A stretch of DNA of 64,000 nucleotides from Isurus oxyrinchus. Its lineage: Eukaryota. The translations under genes were made by a program, and so were the position numbers. This document shows, piece after piece, positions 11,801-24,830 of this stretch; position 1 is the first letter of the stretch, and each line of letters begins with the position of its first letter. The notes below the pieces were generated by a model, which was not told the origin of the DNA, ran no database searches, and saw only the letters and a list, made by a program, of their open reading frames with translations. Location: NCBI GenBank assembly GCA_026770705.1, contig JANJGN010000026.1:34410001-34474000 (forward strand). The letters are read 5' to 3'.

Positions 11801-14445
11801 TATATTAATCAAGGCCCTGTTTCAATAATCACTGCACTAGTACTATCCTAGTTTATATTTATACAGGCCCTATATCAGTATTCACTGCACAATGCCCTGT
11901 TTCAGCTCATATTAACCTCAACCCTGCATGAGTAATCAGTGCACGAGACCCTATCTCAGTTAATATTGATCTAGGCCCTGTATCAGTTATCTCTTCACTC
12001 TAGCCTGTCTCAGTTGAAATTAGTCTAGATCCTGTATCAGTAATCATGGCACTAGGCCCTGCCTCCATTTATATCAACCTAGACCCTGTATATGTAATCA
12101 CTGCAATAGACACTGTATCAGTTTGCATTGATCTAGATCCTGTAACAGTAATCACTGCACAATCTGCTGTCTCAGTTTTTATCAATCTAGACCCTGTATC
12201 AGTAAATCAGTGCACTAGACCCTGTCTCAGTTAGTGTTGATCATGACCCTGTATCAGTTATCTCTGCACTAGAGCCTGTCTCAGTTTATATTAATCTAGT
12301 CCCTGTATCACTAATTACTGCACTACAACCTGCCTCAATTTATGTTAATCTAGACCCTGTATCAGTAATCACCACACGAGACCCTATCTCACTTATGCTA
12401 ATTTTGATCCTGTATCAGTAATCAGTGCACCAGACCCTATCTCAGTTTAAATTGATCTAGACCCTGTATGATTAACCACTGCAATAGACCCTATTTAAAT
12501 CTGTATTAATCTAGACCGGGTTTCAATAATCACTGCAATAGACCCTGTCTTAGTTTATATTAATCAAGACACTGTAACAGTAATCACTGCACTATACGCT
12601 GGCTCAGGTTAACTTAATCTAGACCCCATATCAGTAATCACTGCAGTAGATACTGTCTCAATTTATGCTAAGCTAGACCGTGTATCAGTCATCACTGCAT
12701 TAGCCCCTGTCCTATTTTACATTTATCTGGGCCATGTATCAGTAATAACTGTACTATGGCCTGCCTCAGTTTACATCAACCTAGGCCCTGTAACAGTAAT
12801 CAATGTGGTAGAACCTCTATCGTTTTATATGTATCAAGACACTGTATCAGAAATCACTGCATTAGACCCTAACTCAGTTTATATTGATATAGATCCTGTA
12901 TCTGTAATTACTACACTATGGACTGCCTCAGATTATATCAACCTAGATGCTGTATGAGTAATCACTGCACTAGACCTTGTATCAGTTTATATTAATCAAG
13001 AGCCTGTACCAGTAATCGCTGCACTAGACCCTGTCTCAATTTTTATTGATTCTAGACCCTGTAGCAGTAATCGCTGCAGTAGAGCCTGTCTCACTTCATA
13101 TTAATATAGAGCCTGTGTCAGAAATCACTGCACTAGGCATTGAATCTGTTTATATTAATCTAGACACTGTATCAGTATTCACTGCACTGGACCCCGTCTC
13201 AGTTTTTATTAGTCCAGAACCTGTTACAGGATTGACAGCACGAGATAATGCCTCAGTTTATATTATTAAAGACCCTGTATCAGTAGTCACTGCACTAGAA
13301 TCTCTTTCTCAGTTTATATTAGTCTAGACCCTATATTAGTAATTACTGCACTTGGCTCTCTCAATTTATATTAATCTGGATCCTGTATCTGTCATCACTG
13401 CACCAGACCCTGTCTCACTTATGTTAATTTTGACCCTGTGACAGTAATCAGTGCATTAGACTCTGTCTCGGTTTGCATTGATATAGACTCTGTATCAGTA
13501 ATCACGGCACTTGACGCTGTCTCCGTTTATATTAATCTGTTATGTTAATTAATATTGTATCAGTAAATGCTGCACTAGACCTTGCCTCACATTAAATTGG
13601 TCTAGACGCTGTATCAGTAATCACTGCACTATGGCCTGCCTCAGTTCATGTCGATCCAGACCCTGTATCAGTAATCACTGCATTAGACACTTTCTCAGTT
13701 TATGCTGATCTAGACCCTGTATAAGTAATCAGTGCACTAGACCCTGTCTCAGTTAATAGTAAGGTGGAACTCATATCCATTATTTCTGCACTGGAGCCTT
13801 GCTCAGTTTATATTTGTCTAGTCCTTGTATCACTACTTAAAGCACAAGAACCTGCTTTAATTAATATTAATCCAGAGCCTGTGTCAGTAATTACAGAACT
13901 AGACCCTATGTCAGTTTATATTGGTATGGACCTGTATCAATAATCACTGCAATGTACACTGTCTCAGTTCTTATTGATCGACACCCAGTACACCCTGTAT
14001 CAGTAATCACTGCACTTGACCCTGCCTCAGTTTATTTTAATCTAGACATTGTTTCAATAATCACTGTACTAGGCCTTGTCTCAGTTTATTTTAATTCAGA
14101 CCTTGTATCAGCAATCACTACAGTAGACCCTATCTCAGTTCATATTGATATCGACCCTGTAACAGTTACCATTGCAATGGACACTGTCCCAGCTTATGTG
14201 ATCTACATCTTGTATCAGTAATCATTGTCCTATCACTTGTCCTAGTTTATATTAATCTCAGTCTTGTATCAGCAATCACTGCACTATGCCTTCCCACAGT
14301 TTGTATCAATCTTGATCCTATATCAATAATCACTGCACTATGCCCTGCCTCAGTTTATATCAATCTAGACCTGTATGAGTAATCACTGCACTAGCCCTTG
14401 TCTTAGTTTATGTTAACCTAGACCCTGTATCAGTAATCACTGAAA
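8810..14445 (+). repeat. Tandem array of a 54-bp unit made of two diverged 27-bp halves (~100 units)
   Basis: Consensus CAGTAATCACTGCACTAGACCCTGTCT + CAGTTTATATTAATCTAGACCCTGTAT; resumes in more degenerate form after 15860. Confidence 0.95.
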
Positions 14446-14469
14446 AGGCATTTTCTTAATTTATACCAA

Positions 14470-15850
14470 AAGGGATAAAAGCAAAATGCTGCAGATGCTG
14501 GAAGTTTGAAAGAAAAGCATAAAATGATGGCAAATCTCAGCAGGTCTGACGGCACCTGTGGAGAGAGAAGCAGAGTTAACGTTTAAAGACCCTATGGTTC
14601 TTCCTCAGAGCTAAAGAACAATGGAAGCGTGACAAACTTAATACAGCTAAGCGGGGTGGAGCAGGTGAGGCTTTATAGAACGCAGGCAATAGGAGGGTGT
14701 AAGGTGATGCTACAAACATATCATGGGCAAAATACAAAGGGAGCGTTAATGGTAGTGGTAAGGCTAAAGTAGGCGCTGATAGTGGCATAAAGGTAAGAGA
14801 GCAGAATGTTTTAATAGCAGAACCAGAGTCAACACACTGTGAAAGAATAACATGGAATAAGTAACAGAAGACTCTTTGGTGGGGTGGTGGGGGTGGGGTG
14901 GGGGGTCGGTGGGGGGGTTGTTGGTTGGTGGAGGGGGCGGTGGTTGGGGAAGAACTGTATGAAAAGGAACAAGAAAAGAGGGTAAAAGGAGCTAAATCAA
15001 TTAATAAATGAATAAGGCTTTAAAGTGCATCATCAGAAGATGAGGTGCTGTTCTTCCAGTTTGTGTTGGGCTTCACTGGAACATTACAGCAGGCCAAGGA
15101 TGGACATGTGGTCATGAGAGCAGGGTGGTGTGTTGAAATGGCAAGAGACAAGAGGGTCTTGATCATGCTCGCGGACAAACCTAAGGTGTTCCAGAAAGTG
15201 CTCACCCAGTCTGTGTTTGGTGTCCCAATCTAGAGGAGACAGCATTGGGAGCAGCGAATGCAGTGGACCAAATTTAAGGAGGTGCAATTGAAGCAGTGCT
15301 TCACCTGAAAGGAATGTTTGGGCCCTTGGACTGTGATGAGGGAGGACGTAAAGGGACAGGTGTGGCATCTTCTGTGATTGCATAGGAAGGTGCCATGGGA
15401 AGGGGATGAGGTATTGGGGGTGATGGAGGAGTAGGCCAGGGTGTCCTGAAGGGAGTGGTCACTACAGAATGCTGACAGTGGTGGAGGGGGGTGGGGTGGT
15501 GAGGGCAAGATGTGTTTGGTGTTGGCATCATGCTGGAGTTAGCAGAAATGGCGGAGGATGGTCCTTTGAATGCAAAGGCTGGTGGCGTGAAATGTGAGGA
15601 CAAGGGAGATCCTATCATGGTTCTGGGCGGGAGAGGAAAGCATGAGCAGAGTGTCGTGTGAGCAGAGGAAAGTGTCGGCAGATGTGCCAGACACAGTTAA
15701 CGGCCCTGTCATCCACAATGGGGTAAGCGGGGGGAGCGGAAACCTCGGTTAAGGAAGAAGGAAGACATGTCAGAAGTGACGATTTGAAAAGTGGCATCGG
15801 ACCAAATGTGAAGGAGGCTAAGCAACTGAGTGAATGGGATGGCGTTTTTC
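14470..15850 (-). mobile_element. Penelope-like element, 3' portion with GIY-YIG endonuclease region (pseudogenised)
   Basis: Minus-strand HGTFLCNHRRCHTCPF...QGPKHSFQVKHCFNCTSLNLVHCIRCSQCCLL and TKHRLGEHFLEHLRFVREHDQDPLVSCHFN. Confidence 0.85.
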
Positions 15851-16419
15851 CAGAATTTTAAGTTTTTATATTAATCTGGACCCTGTATCAGTAAACATTG
15901 CATTAGACCCCATCTCCGCTGATAATAACCCAGGCCCTGTATCAGTAATCACTGCACTAAGCCTTGCCTCAATTTATGTCAATTAAGGCCCCGTTTTAGT
16001 TTTTCCTATACATCCCTGGTTCAATTTATTTTGCACCCTCACCTGCAGCTGTAAATGCTACACTACACTCTGCTTTAGCTACTATTGTTGAACAATAGTC
16101 CAATGGGTCCTATCTTATTTATTACTGCAGTTGTCCATATCTCTACTTGTGCTGCAACTGGTCCTTTCCCAGTTATCACTGCACCTGACCCTGCCGAAGT
16201 TTATATTATTAGATCTTGTGTCAGTTGTTACTATATTATGCCATGTTTCTATGGACACTCCAATTACCCTTTTTTAGTTCGTAATGTAGTACAGCCATGC
16301 CTGAATTTATATTTCACTGCACCTTGTGTTTCATTGTTTTACACTGCACCATGCTTCAGTTATCACTGCCCTTGGCCTGGGTGACCTTGTCTCAGTTATA
16401 ACTGTACTGGACCAGACGA

Positions 16420-17055
16420 ACATACGGGCATATGAACAAAGAGCAGGAGTAGGCCATTCAGCACCTCGAGTTCCGCCATTTAATAAAATCATAGTTGATC
16501 TGATAGTAACCTGAAATCTTGAACCCCACCTACCCCCGATAACCTATCACCCCCTTGCTTACCAATAATCTATCCACCTCTGCCTTAAAAATATTCAAAG
16601 GCTCTGCTTCCACTGCCTTTTTAGGAAGAGAGTCCCAAAGACTCACGACCCTGAGAGTGAAAAAATTCGCCTCATCTCCGTTTTACATGGGTGACCCCTT
16701 ATTTTAAACAGTGACCCCTAGTTCTAAATTCTCCCACAAGTGAAGGCATCCTCTCCACATCCACCCTGTCAAGGCCCCTCAGGATCGTATATGTTTCAGT
16801 CAAGTCGCCTCTTACTCTTCTAAACTCCAGCAGATACAAGTCTAGTCTGTCCAATCTCATTAAGCAACCCAACCATTCCAGTTATTAGTCTAGTATCCTT
16901 CTCTGAACTGCTTCTCACGCATTGACCAATTCTGCACACAGTATTCCAAACGTGATCTCACTAGTGCCTGGTATAACTGAAGCAGAACTTCCCTACTGTT
17001 GCATTCAATTCCCCTCACAAGAAATGAGAACTTTCGATTAGCTTTCCCAATTGCT
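16420..17055 (-). mobile_element. CR1 3' fragment
   Basis: Reverse complement of the CR1 3' end (GAGCAGGAGTAGGCCATTCAGC...); similar copies at 41870-42210 and 50750-51070. Confidence 0.7.
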
Positions 17056-17329
17056 TACCATTTTTCCTTTTATCTTCCTCTCAGCAATGCATCTGTGTAT
17101 ATAATGCTATCTGCAGTTTAATTTATTAATGCATTAGACCATGCCTCAATATACACTACAATTGAGCCTTTCTCAGTTAGTACCGCACAGGACTATGTCT
17201 CTGTTTATGTTACATTATATACTGCTTCGTTTATTAATGCACATAGCCGTGCCTCCAGATAGACTGCAAGTTACAATTCCTGAGCTGCTGTTGCATTGCG
17301 CAAAGTCTCTTTTTGTATTATATTAGGAT

Positions 17330-18470
17330 TCATCTCACAACCGACTTGTGAGAAGAATTATTGCTCATGGAATAAAAGGGACATTAGCAGCATGGATACA
17401 AAATTGGCTGAAAATAGCAAGCAGGGAGTAATGGTCAACCAATGCTTTTCGGGCTGGAGGAAGACTTGTAGTGGAGTTCCCCAGGGGTCGGCATTGGGGT
17501 CCTTGCTTTTCCTGATATATATTAACGATCTAGATCTTGGTGTGCAGGGGACAATTTCGAAGTTTGCGATTGATACGAAGCTTGGGAGTGTTGTGAACTG
17601 ACATGAGAACGGTGTGGAGCTTCAAGAGGACACAGACATGTTGGTGGAGTGGGCAGATGAAGTTCAATGCAGAGAAACGTGAGGTGATGCATTTTGGTAG
17701 GGAGAACATGGATAGACAATATAACATAAGGGCTGGAATTTTGAAGGTGTGCAGGAGCAGAAATACTTGGATGTGTATGTGCATAGACCAATGAAGGTGG
17801 TCGGACAGAAGGAGATGGCAGTTAATAATGCATATAGAATCCTGGGCTCTATTAATAGGGGCATAGAGTGCAAGAGCCGGGAGGTTATGCTGAATTTATA
17901 TATGACCCTCCTTCGACCTCAACTGGAATATTGTGCACCGCCCTGGGTACCATATTATAGGAAGGATGTGAAGATATTGAAGAGAGTGCAGAAGATGTTT
18001 ACAAGAATACTCCCAGGGATGAGGAACTTCAGCTATGAGGATAGATTGGAGAAGTTGTGACTATCTTCATGGAGAGGGGAAGGCTGAGAGGAGACTTGAT
18101 GAAGTTTTCAAAATCATGAGGGGGCTGAACAAAGCAGATAAGGAGAAACTGTTCTCATTCGTAAAAGGATCAAAAGCAAGAGGACACAGATTTGAAGTGA
18201 TTTGCTAAAGAAACAAAGGTGACGTGAGAAAAAGCTTTTTCACACAACGAGTGGTTCAAGTCTGGAATGCACTGGCTGGAAGTACGGTGGAGGCAGGTTC
18301 AATTGAGGCATTCAAGAGGGAATTAAATGAGTATTTGAATAGAAACAACGTGCAAGGAATGGGGAAATGACAGGGCAATGGCACTAGGTCATAAAGCTCA
18401 TTTGGAGAGCCGGTGCAGGCACGATGGGCCGAATGGCCCCCACCTGTGCCGTTAAGATTCGTTGATTCTG
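17330..18470 (+). mobile_element. CR1 LINE 3' portion
   Basis: SGVPQGSALGSLLFLIYINDLD, ISKFAIDTKLG, LLRPQLEYCAPPWVPYYRKDV. Confidence 0.9.
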
Positions 18471-19084
18471 TGATATTACTGTATTAGACAGCTTCATTCA
18501 TTACTGTGCTCTCCTATGTCTCACCTTATATTGTAGAGGTCCTCTCTCATTTATTGATAAGCTGGACCGAGTTCAGTTCTTACTGCATTATAAAAGGTCT
18601 CTGCTGACTAGAGATGGAGAGAGCGAGCCACATGGATAGGTGGGTATTAACTTTAAGAATGTTATAATACCCTGTTGGTGATGAGGGGTTGAAAGAATAC
18701 GTTTAGTCTTGTTAATAACTATTAGGCGTTGGGTGCAATTTCTAATTGCTCCAGTGTAATGTGTGTAATGTTTGTATTGAAAGGTTGGGATGAATCTTGT
18801 AACATTCCCTTCATCAATGAGATTGAGGAACAGAAATAAAGGTGAACAACATTGGACTGCACATTGCACAACTTAGTCACACACTGCATTGTGTTCGAGA
18901 TGACTAATTCATGCTTGAGTTGATCTGTGGTAATTGCTCACAGTTATCTCTAATTTTAAGTTTTTTTTCCCACTTTTGCAATAGGACTTTCTGTTTGATT
19001 TTGGCGTGGCCACCGATTGTGAGAGGCAGAGTCTGAAACCGTATCATCAGGCGAATGGGTGGCTGTAGCGTCCAAATGACACAT

Positions 19085-19310
19085 GTTCCTGTGTGTCAGG
19101 GGCTGTGTGTGTGTGTTTCTGTGTCGGTGTGTGTCTGTGTGTATGTTGGTGTGTGTCTGTGTGTGTGCCTGTCAGTGTGTGCTGGTGTGTGTGTCTGTCA
19201 GTTGGTGTCTGTGTGCCTGTGTATGTGAATAAGTATGTGTGTGTGTGTGTGTGTGTGTGTGGGTGTGTGGGTGTGTATATGGGTGTTTGCAGCTGTATGT
19301 GTGGCTGTGG
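19085..19310. repeat. Imperfect (TG)n microsatellite
   Basis: Directly visible TG run. Confidence 0.9.
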
Positions 19311-19984
19311 AGGCGGATACATCTGGCGCACATCATTTTTCATTGCTTGCAAAATACATTACAATTATTTTTCAAGCACGTTAAGATAGCTTATTGAGAA
19401 TATACTTACAGATCCTATGCTACCATTAGTATTTATCGGCAATGCATTGTCATGCGTGCTCCATAAAGTAATGTCAAGCTGGCATTTCCGTTGTCAAGGC
19501 AAATACCTTTTTGAAATGACTCACTGAACTTCTTCCCTCTCTTCCTCTGTCTCAGACTACACCTAAATCAGTTAACCTCTCCTCTCTTTCAGACTTCGCT
19601 TAACTCACTTATACAGACTCATAAGGGCCGGATCTGGCAGCTATGAGGAACCAATGTTTAAATCTTTTGCTTGAGGCACATTATCAATGGAACTATGAGC
19701 GCCAAAACCTCAGCAAAGGAAAATTCAGTGCTCAAAAGACGCCAGCTCATCCACTGAACCTCTCCCCTCTCTTTCTCTCAGACAGCACCAAACCCTCTTA
19801 AAACTTTCTATTTTAGAATAACCCCCTGTGAGGGAAATTATTGTTTGAATTTCCTTTCTTTTCTCCCAGTGATTACGTTTAGTCCATCTCCCCTTCAGTT
19901 AATATGCTATAACCAAAACAATCTCATTTATTTAATTCTTCAAATTGGAAATGGAGCTGAATGTAATGCTGAGACTGGCAGAAA

Positions 19985-20250
19985 TCTGTGTGGTTGTTCT
20001 TGATGCTGTCAGAGTGAGTTCACCCTCACAGGCAGGAAGACTGTTCACGGTGATAACATGAAACTGACGCCTGCTGTTTCATTCTCAGGTAACACAACTT
20101 CCTGTTTCTCTGCTGCCGGTTCCAAAACGCACATCTCACTTCTAGGCAGAAAATAAATCCAGGGCCACAATCTGGTGAGAACATCTGTCAAAGCGGCTTA
20201 TATCTAGCCACAGAGTCAGGGCAGAGTCACACAGATCACATTGCGGTGAC
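19985..20250. promoter_or_regulatory. Candidate T-cell enhancer (RUNX/ETS/GATA/E-box/TCF motif cluster)
   Basis: TGTGGTT 19989, CAGGAAG 20033, TGATAA 20051, ACTTCCTG 20097, CATCTG 20182, TCAAAG 20188, TGCGGT 20242 in non-repeat sequence. Confidence 0.3.
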
Positions 20251-23179
20251 ATTTACAAATGAGCCTCTCCTGATCTGTTTCGAGCTTCCAGGAGATAACT
20301 GGGTTGTCATTGGATCAATCACTGAGGTTCCCCGGGTCCCTGAAGCGGGGAAATGAGAGCTTGCTAACTTTCATTTTTCATCGTCATGCTCCACTACCCG
20401 CCACCCACTGTAAACCCCCTCCACACACCCCCATACCCCCACCCCTACCCGCCCCTCACACACAATCCCTGCACGCACACTCTCTCTCGAATCTTCTCTC
20501 CTCTGTTTCTCTGCAACACTCGGTCTCCCTTTTTCATTTGAAGTCTTCTTCGCTCAGTTTTATCTGTCTATCTCTCTGTATATCTCTCTCCACCTCTCTG
20601 AGTCTATTAAATAGAAGTATTGAAAATCATGAATGCATTAATAGAGTAAATAAGGAGAGAATATTTCAACTGGCAGGAGGGTCGGTCACCAGAGGAGACA
20701 GATTTACTTTATTGAACAGGAAAGCAGGAGGATAATTGTTTATTTTTTTATACGGCGAGTTGTTATGAACTGGAATGCACAGCTTGAAAGCCTGATGGAA
20801 TCGGATTTAATAGTAATTTTGTAAAGTGAATCAGATAAATACTTGAAGAGATCTACTGGATCATTCATCGATATAATTGCCCCAGCACCTTTTCCGTATC
20901 TTCCTCTGTCCTGCAATGAGCCCGAATAAAATGCAATAATTATGCAGCTTTCGTCATGTGCTAATCCTGTTTTTTGACAGCGCCACAGTGTGTGTGTCGA
21001 TAATTACGAGGCATCCTTCAGAAGTTCATTACTATTTACAAATAATTACATTGAGCAAAATTACACTGGATGAAACTTGTTTAGTAAAAAGCACGATTAC
21101 CCTTAACAGTTGTGGCACTGAGTTTTCCTCTGGTGAAGTTTTGGTGTTTAATATTTTCAGCCATCATCTGCTTCATGCTGAAGGTTTAAATACTGTTTTT
21201 TTCAAGCAGCCGGATCCGGCCCTTGCGTGTCTGTGTAAATGGAAAACGGTGGGTAAGAATGAGAAGGAGCAGGTTATTTTATGTTCCTCTGAGAGATGCA
21301 GATTTCAGGAATCTCTGGAGTCCGCCGTGATTGTTCTCCCCTTGGGTATAACAGCTCTTAGTCAGGTGGAGTCAGTCACACGGGCCTCTGTCATGATGTT
21401 TCCACTCCGTTTTTAGCATACAAATCCCTGTGTCACTCACCATAACACAGCCTGCTCTCAGGCCCTAAACATCATTACTTCCTTACACGTTTACTCCATT
21501 ACATTACAATCAGATGTTCATTCGTCCCCTGCCTCCCTTTATGTAAGATTACCAGCAGCCTCTGCTATTGATACACTGGAGTCTCTGTGAATATTATTAG
21601 ACCAGCCCCAGTCTGGCCCAGGCCCGGCAGTCAGAACTCCCTTCGCAAATCCAAGGATAGAGAAGTTGTTTGTTTTGTTTGAGAAGACCGGAAAGTCAAA
21701 TCAGCAACAATATCCCAGGAACCCATCCCTCGCTGCATGGAGGAACTGCGCAGTTTCTCTCTCTTTAATTTCCCTCAGTCCTGCTGAGTCTAAGAAAATA
21801 ATGGATAAAAGAACAGAAAAACTTCCATATGAACTATCATCGTGAGCCTTGGCCGATATTAAGTGGTTAACTCTCTGGACTGTGGATTAAACCCAAAACC
21901 TTGAGGAATGAGAGTGCCGCTAATTCGTCAATGCTGACATGATATATTCCCAGTTCCCATTACATTACCGCAACGGCAACATATTACAGATGCTAGAAAT
22001 CGAAACCAGAAACCGAATGTGCTGGAAATCCTCAACAGGTCAGACAGCAGGTGTCGAGTCTGTTTGTTTTCCGGATCGTCATATACTTTGCAGCCTTGGG
22101 GAAAGTGTGGAGAGGCGGGAGGATTTTGGAGGCTAATTAAAAACCGGCGTTCTGTCACACGAACACTCTTCCCGTGGTCAACGGAGCCGGGAGTGGAATT
22201 TGAACACAGATCTTGCAGCTCAAAAGCAGGAGGACCGCCAACTGTACCACTCGGGAGTGCAGTGGCTGTGGAGAGAAGCAGAGTTAACGTTTCTAATCGA
22301 TGACTCCGGTTCTGCTGAAGGGTCATCGCCATGAAACGTTCACTCTGTTTATCACCACAGATTCTGCCGACCTGCAGAGTAATTCCAGAATGTTATGTTG
22401 AACTTGCCATTACACTAGACCGTGTCAGTGTTATTACACCAACTCCATCCCATTCATATTGCAGTGGTGCTTGGCTCTATTATAATGCATTAGGCAAAGC
22501 ATTTGCTATTGTATCAATTGGCGCTGTCTCACACACACTATTAAATCAGGCCCAACTTCGATTTCGGTGGTCTTTGTTTTTGTTTTGGATTTCCAGCATC
22601 CGCAGTTTTTTTGTTTTTATTCGATTTCGGTGGACTAGATGCTGACTGTGCCGTCGTCACACTGGATCCAGTGAGTATTCAGTGATGCGCTGCAACATGC
22701 TGCCCCTTGCTTTCATCAAACATTGTATTTTTTACACACAACTTTCCGGTTTTTAACGTGTCCCATGTCTCCAATCTCGTTGTATAAAATGCTGCCTCTG
22801 TAATGGTTGCAGAAGAACCTACATGTTATTCAAATTCTAAGGCAAACCTCTCTCATTATTTCTGAACATCTTGTGTCCATCAGTTTTCAATAGGAATCTG
22901 TTTCTGATATTGTTAACGTTGACCCTGTTTCTGTTAGTGTTTCACTTTGACCTTTTTCACCTGTTATTATATACAAAGCATTTTTGTTATTATAATCACA
23001 AAAATACCAGACGGATTCAATGTTAAACCAAGTCCTCCCTCTCTTTTTTTTCCAGAACTAGCCCATTTCTCTGCTTAAATTACTCCCTGGGTCAATTTGT
23101 GTTATTTTTGCACTAGCACATATCCCTGTTTGTATTGGACTAGGCATTATGCCTGTTGTCACTAAACTAGCCGATATTA

Positions 23180-24830
23180 TGCCAGAAATGTTGGGGAACA
23201 CAGGGTTTAGTGAGAGGGAGGAACTGAAAGAAATCAATATTAATAAGGAAATGGTGTTGCAGAAATTGGAGGCCAATATATCCCTGGGGCCTGATAACGT
23301 ACATCCCACAGTAATTATGGAAGTGGCCCTAGAAATAATGGATGCATTGGTGGTCATTTTCCAAGATTCTATAGACTCTGAAACAGTTCCTACAGATTGG
23401 AGCGTAGCTCATGTAACCCCACTATTTAAAAAAGGAGGCAGAGAGAAAACAGGGAATTATAGACCAGTCAGCCTGACGTTGGTAGTGGGGAAAATTCTAG
23501 AGTCCATTATAAAAGATTTAATAGGTGAGCACGTGGAAAACAGTGGCAGAATCGGGCAGAGTCAGCATGGATTTATGAAAAGGAAATCATGCTTGACAAA
23601 TCCACTGGAATTTTTCGAGGATGTAACTAGTAGAGTTGATGATGGGGAGCCAGTGGATGTAGTTTATTTGTCTTTCAGAAGGCTTTCCACAAAGTCCCAC
23701 ATAAGAGATTGGCATGTAAAATTAAAGTGTATGGGATTGTGGGTAGTGTATTGAGATGGATAGAAAACTGGTTGGCAGACAGGAGACAAAGAATAGGGAT
23801 AAACGGGTCTTTTTCCAAATGGCAAGCAGTGACTAGTGGGGTACAGCAGGGATCGGCGCTGACACCACAGTTATTCATAATATATATTAATGATTTAGAT
23901 GAGGGAATTAAATGTAATATCACCAAATTTGCAGATGACACAAAGCTGGGTGGGAGGGTGAGCTGTGATGAGGACGCAGAGATGCTTCAGTGTGATTTAG
24001 ACAAGTTGAGTGAGTGGGCAAATGCATGGCAGATGTAGTATAATGTGGATAAATGTGAGGTTATCCATTTTGGTAGCAATGGCTATAAATTGAGAGAGGG
24101 GAATGTGCAACGACACCTGGGTTTCCTTGTACACCAGTCGCTGAAGGTAAGCATGCAGGTGCAGCATGTGGTAAGAGGGCAAAATGTATATTGGCCTTCA
24201 TAGCCAGAGGATTCGAGTACAGGAACAGGGATGTCTTGCTACAATTGTACAGGGCCTCGGTGAGACCACACCTGGAATATTGTGTGCAGCCTTGGTCTGT
24301 TTATCTGAGGAAGGGTGTACTTGCTATAGAGGGAGTGCAGCGAAGGTTTACCCAACTGATTCCTGGGATGGCGGGACTGACATATGAGGAGAGATTGAGT
24401 CGATTAGGATTATATTCGCTGGAGTTCAGAAGAATGAGGGGGGATCTCATAGAAACTTATAAAATTCTAACAGGACTAGACAGGGTAGATGCAAGAAGGA
24501 TGTATCCGATGGTAGGGGAGTCCAGAACCAGGGGTCAATGACTGATGATATGGGGTAGACCATTTAGGACTGAGATGAGGAGAAATTTATTCACCCAGAG
24601 AGTAGTGAGCAAGTGGAATTCGCTACCACAGAAAGTAGTTGAGACCAAAACATTGTATATTTTCAAGAAGGAGTTAGATATAGCTCTTGGGGCGAAAGGG
24701 ATCAAAGGATATGGGGAGAAAGCAGAAGCAGGCTATTGAGTTGGATTATCATCCATGATCATAATGAATGGCGGAGCAGGCTCGAAGGGCAGAGTGCCCT
24801 ACTCCTGCTCCTAGTTTCTATGTTTCTATC
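23180..24830 (+). mobile_element. CR1 LINE, 5'-truncated RT region to 3' tail
   Basis: ORFs 23149-23754, 23709-24038, 24191-24541 with NYRPVSLT, SQHGFMK, KFADDTKLG; TTTCTATG tail. Confidence 0.95.

Noticed and set aside
8709-14221. Many ORFs encoding (PVSVITALDPVSVYINLD)n, suggesting a repeat protein
   Set aside because: A by-product of a 27/54-bp unit lacking stops in one frame; frames break every few hundred bp and no splice structure is visible
8810-14445. Array as a CRISPR array or Ig switch-like region (one TGCA per unit)
   Set aside because: Eukaryotic context, no unique spacers or cas genes; no C exons nearby, low WGCW density, and the same monomer is dispersed across the window
20969-21000. 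RSS-like GTTTTTTGA...CACAGTG/GTGTGTG
   Set aside because: Spacing is inconsistent with a good heptamer and there is no J-like coding sequence downstream
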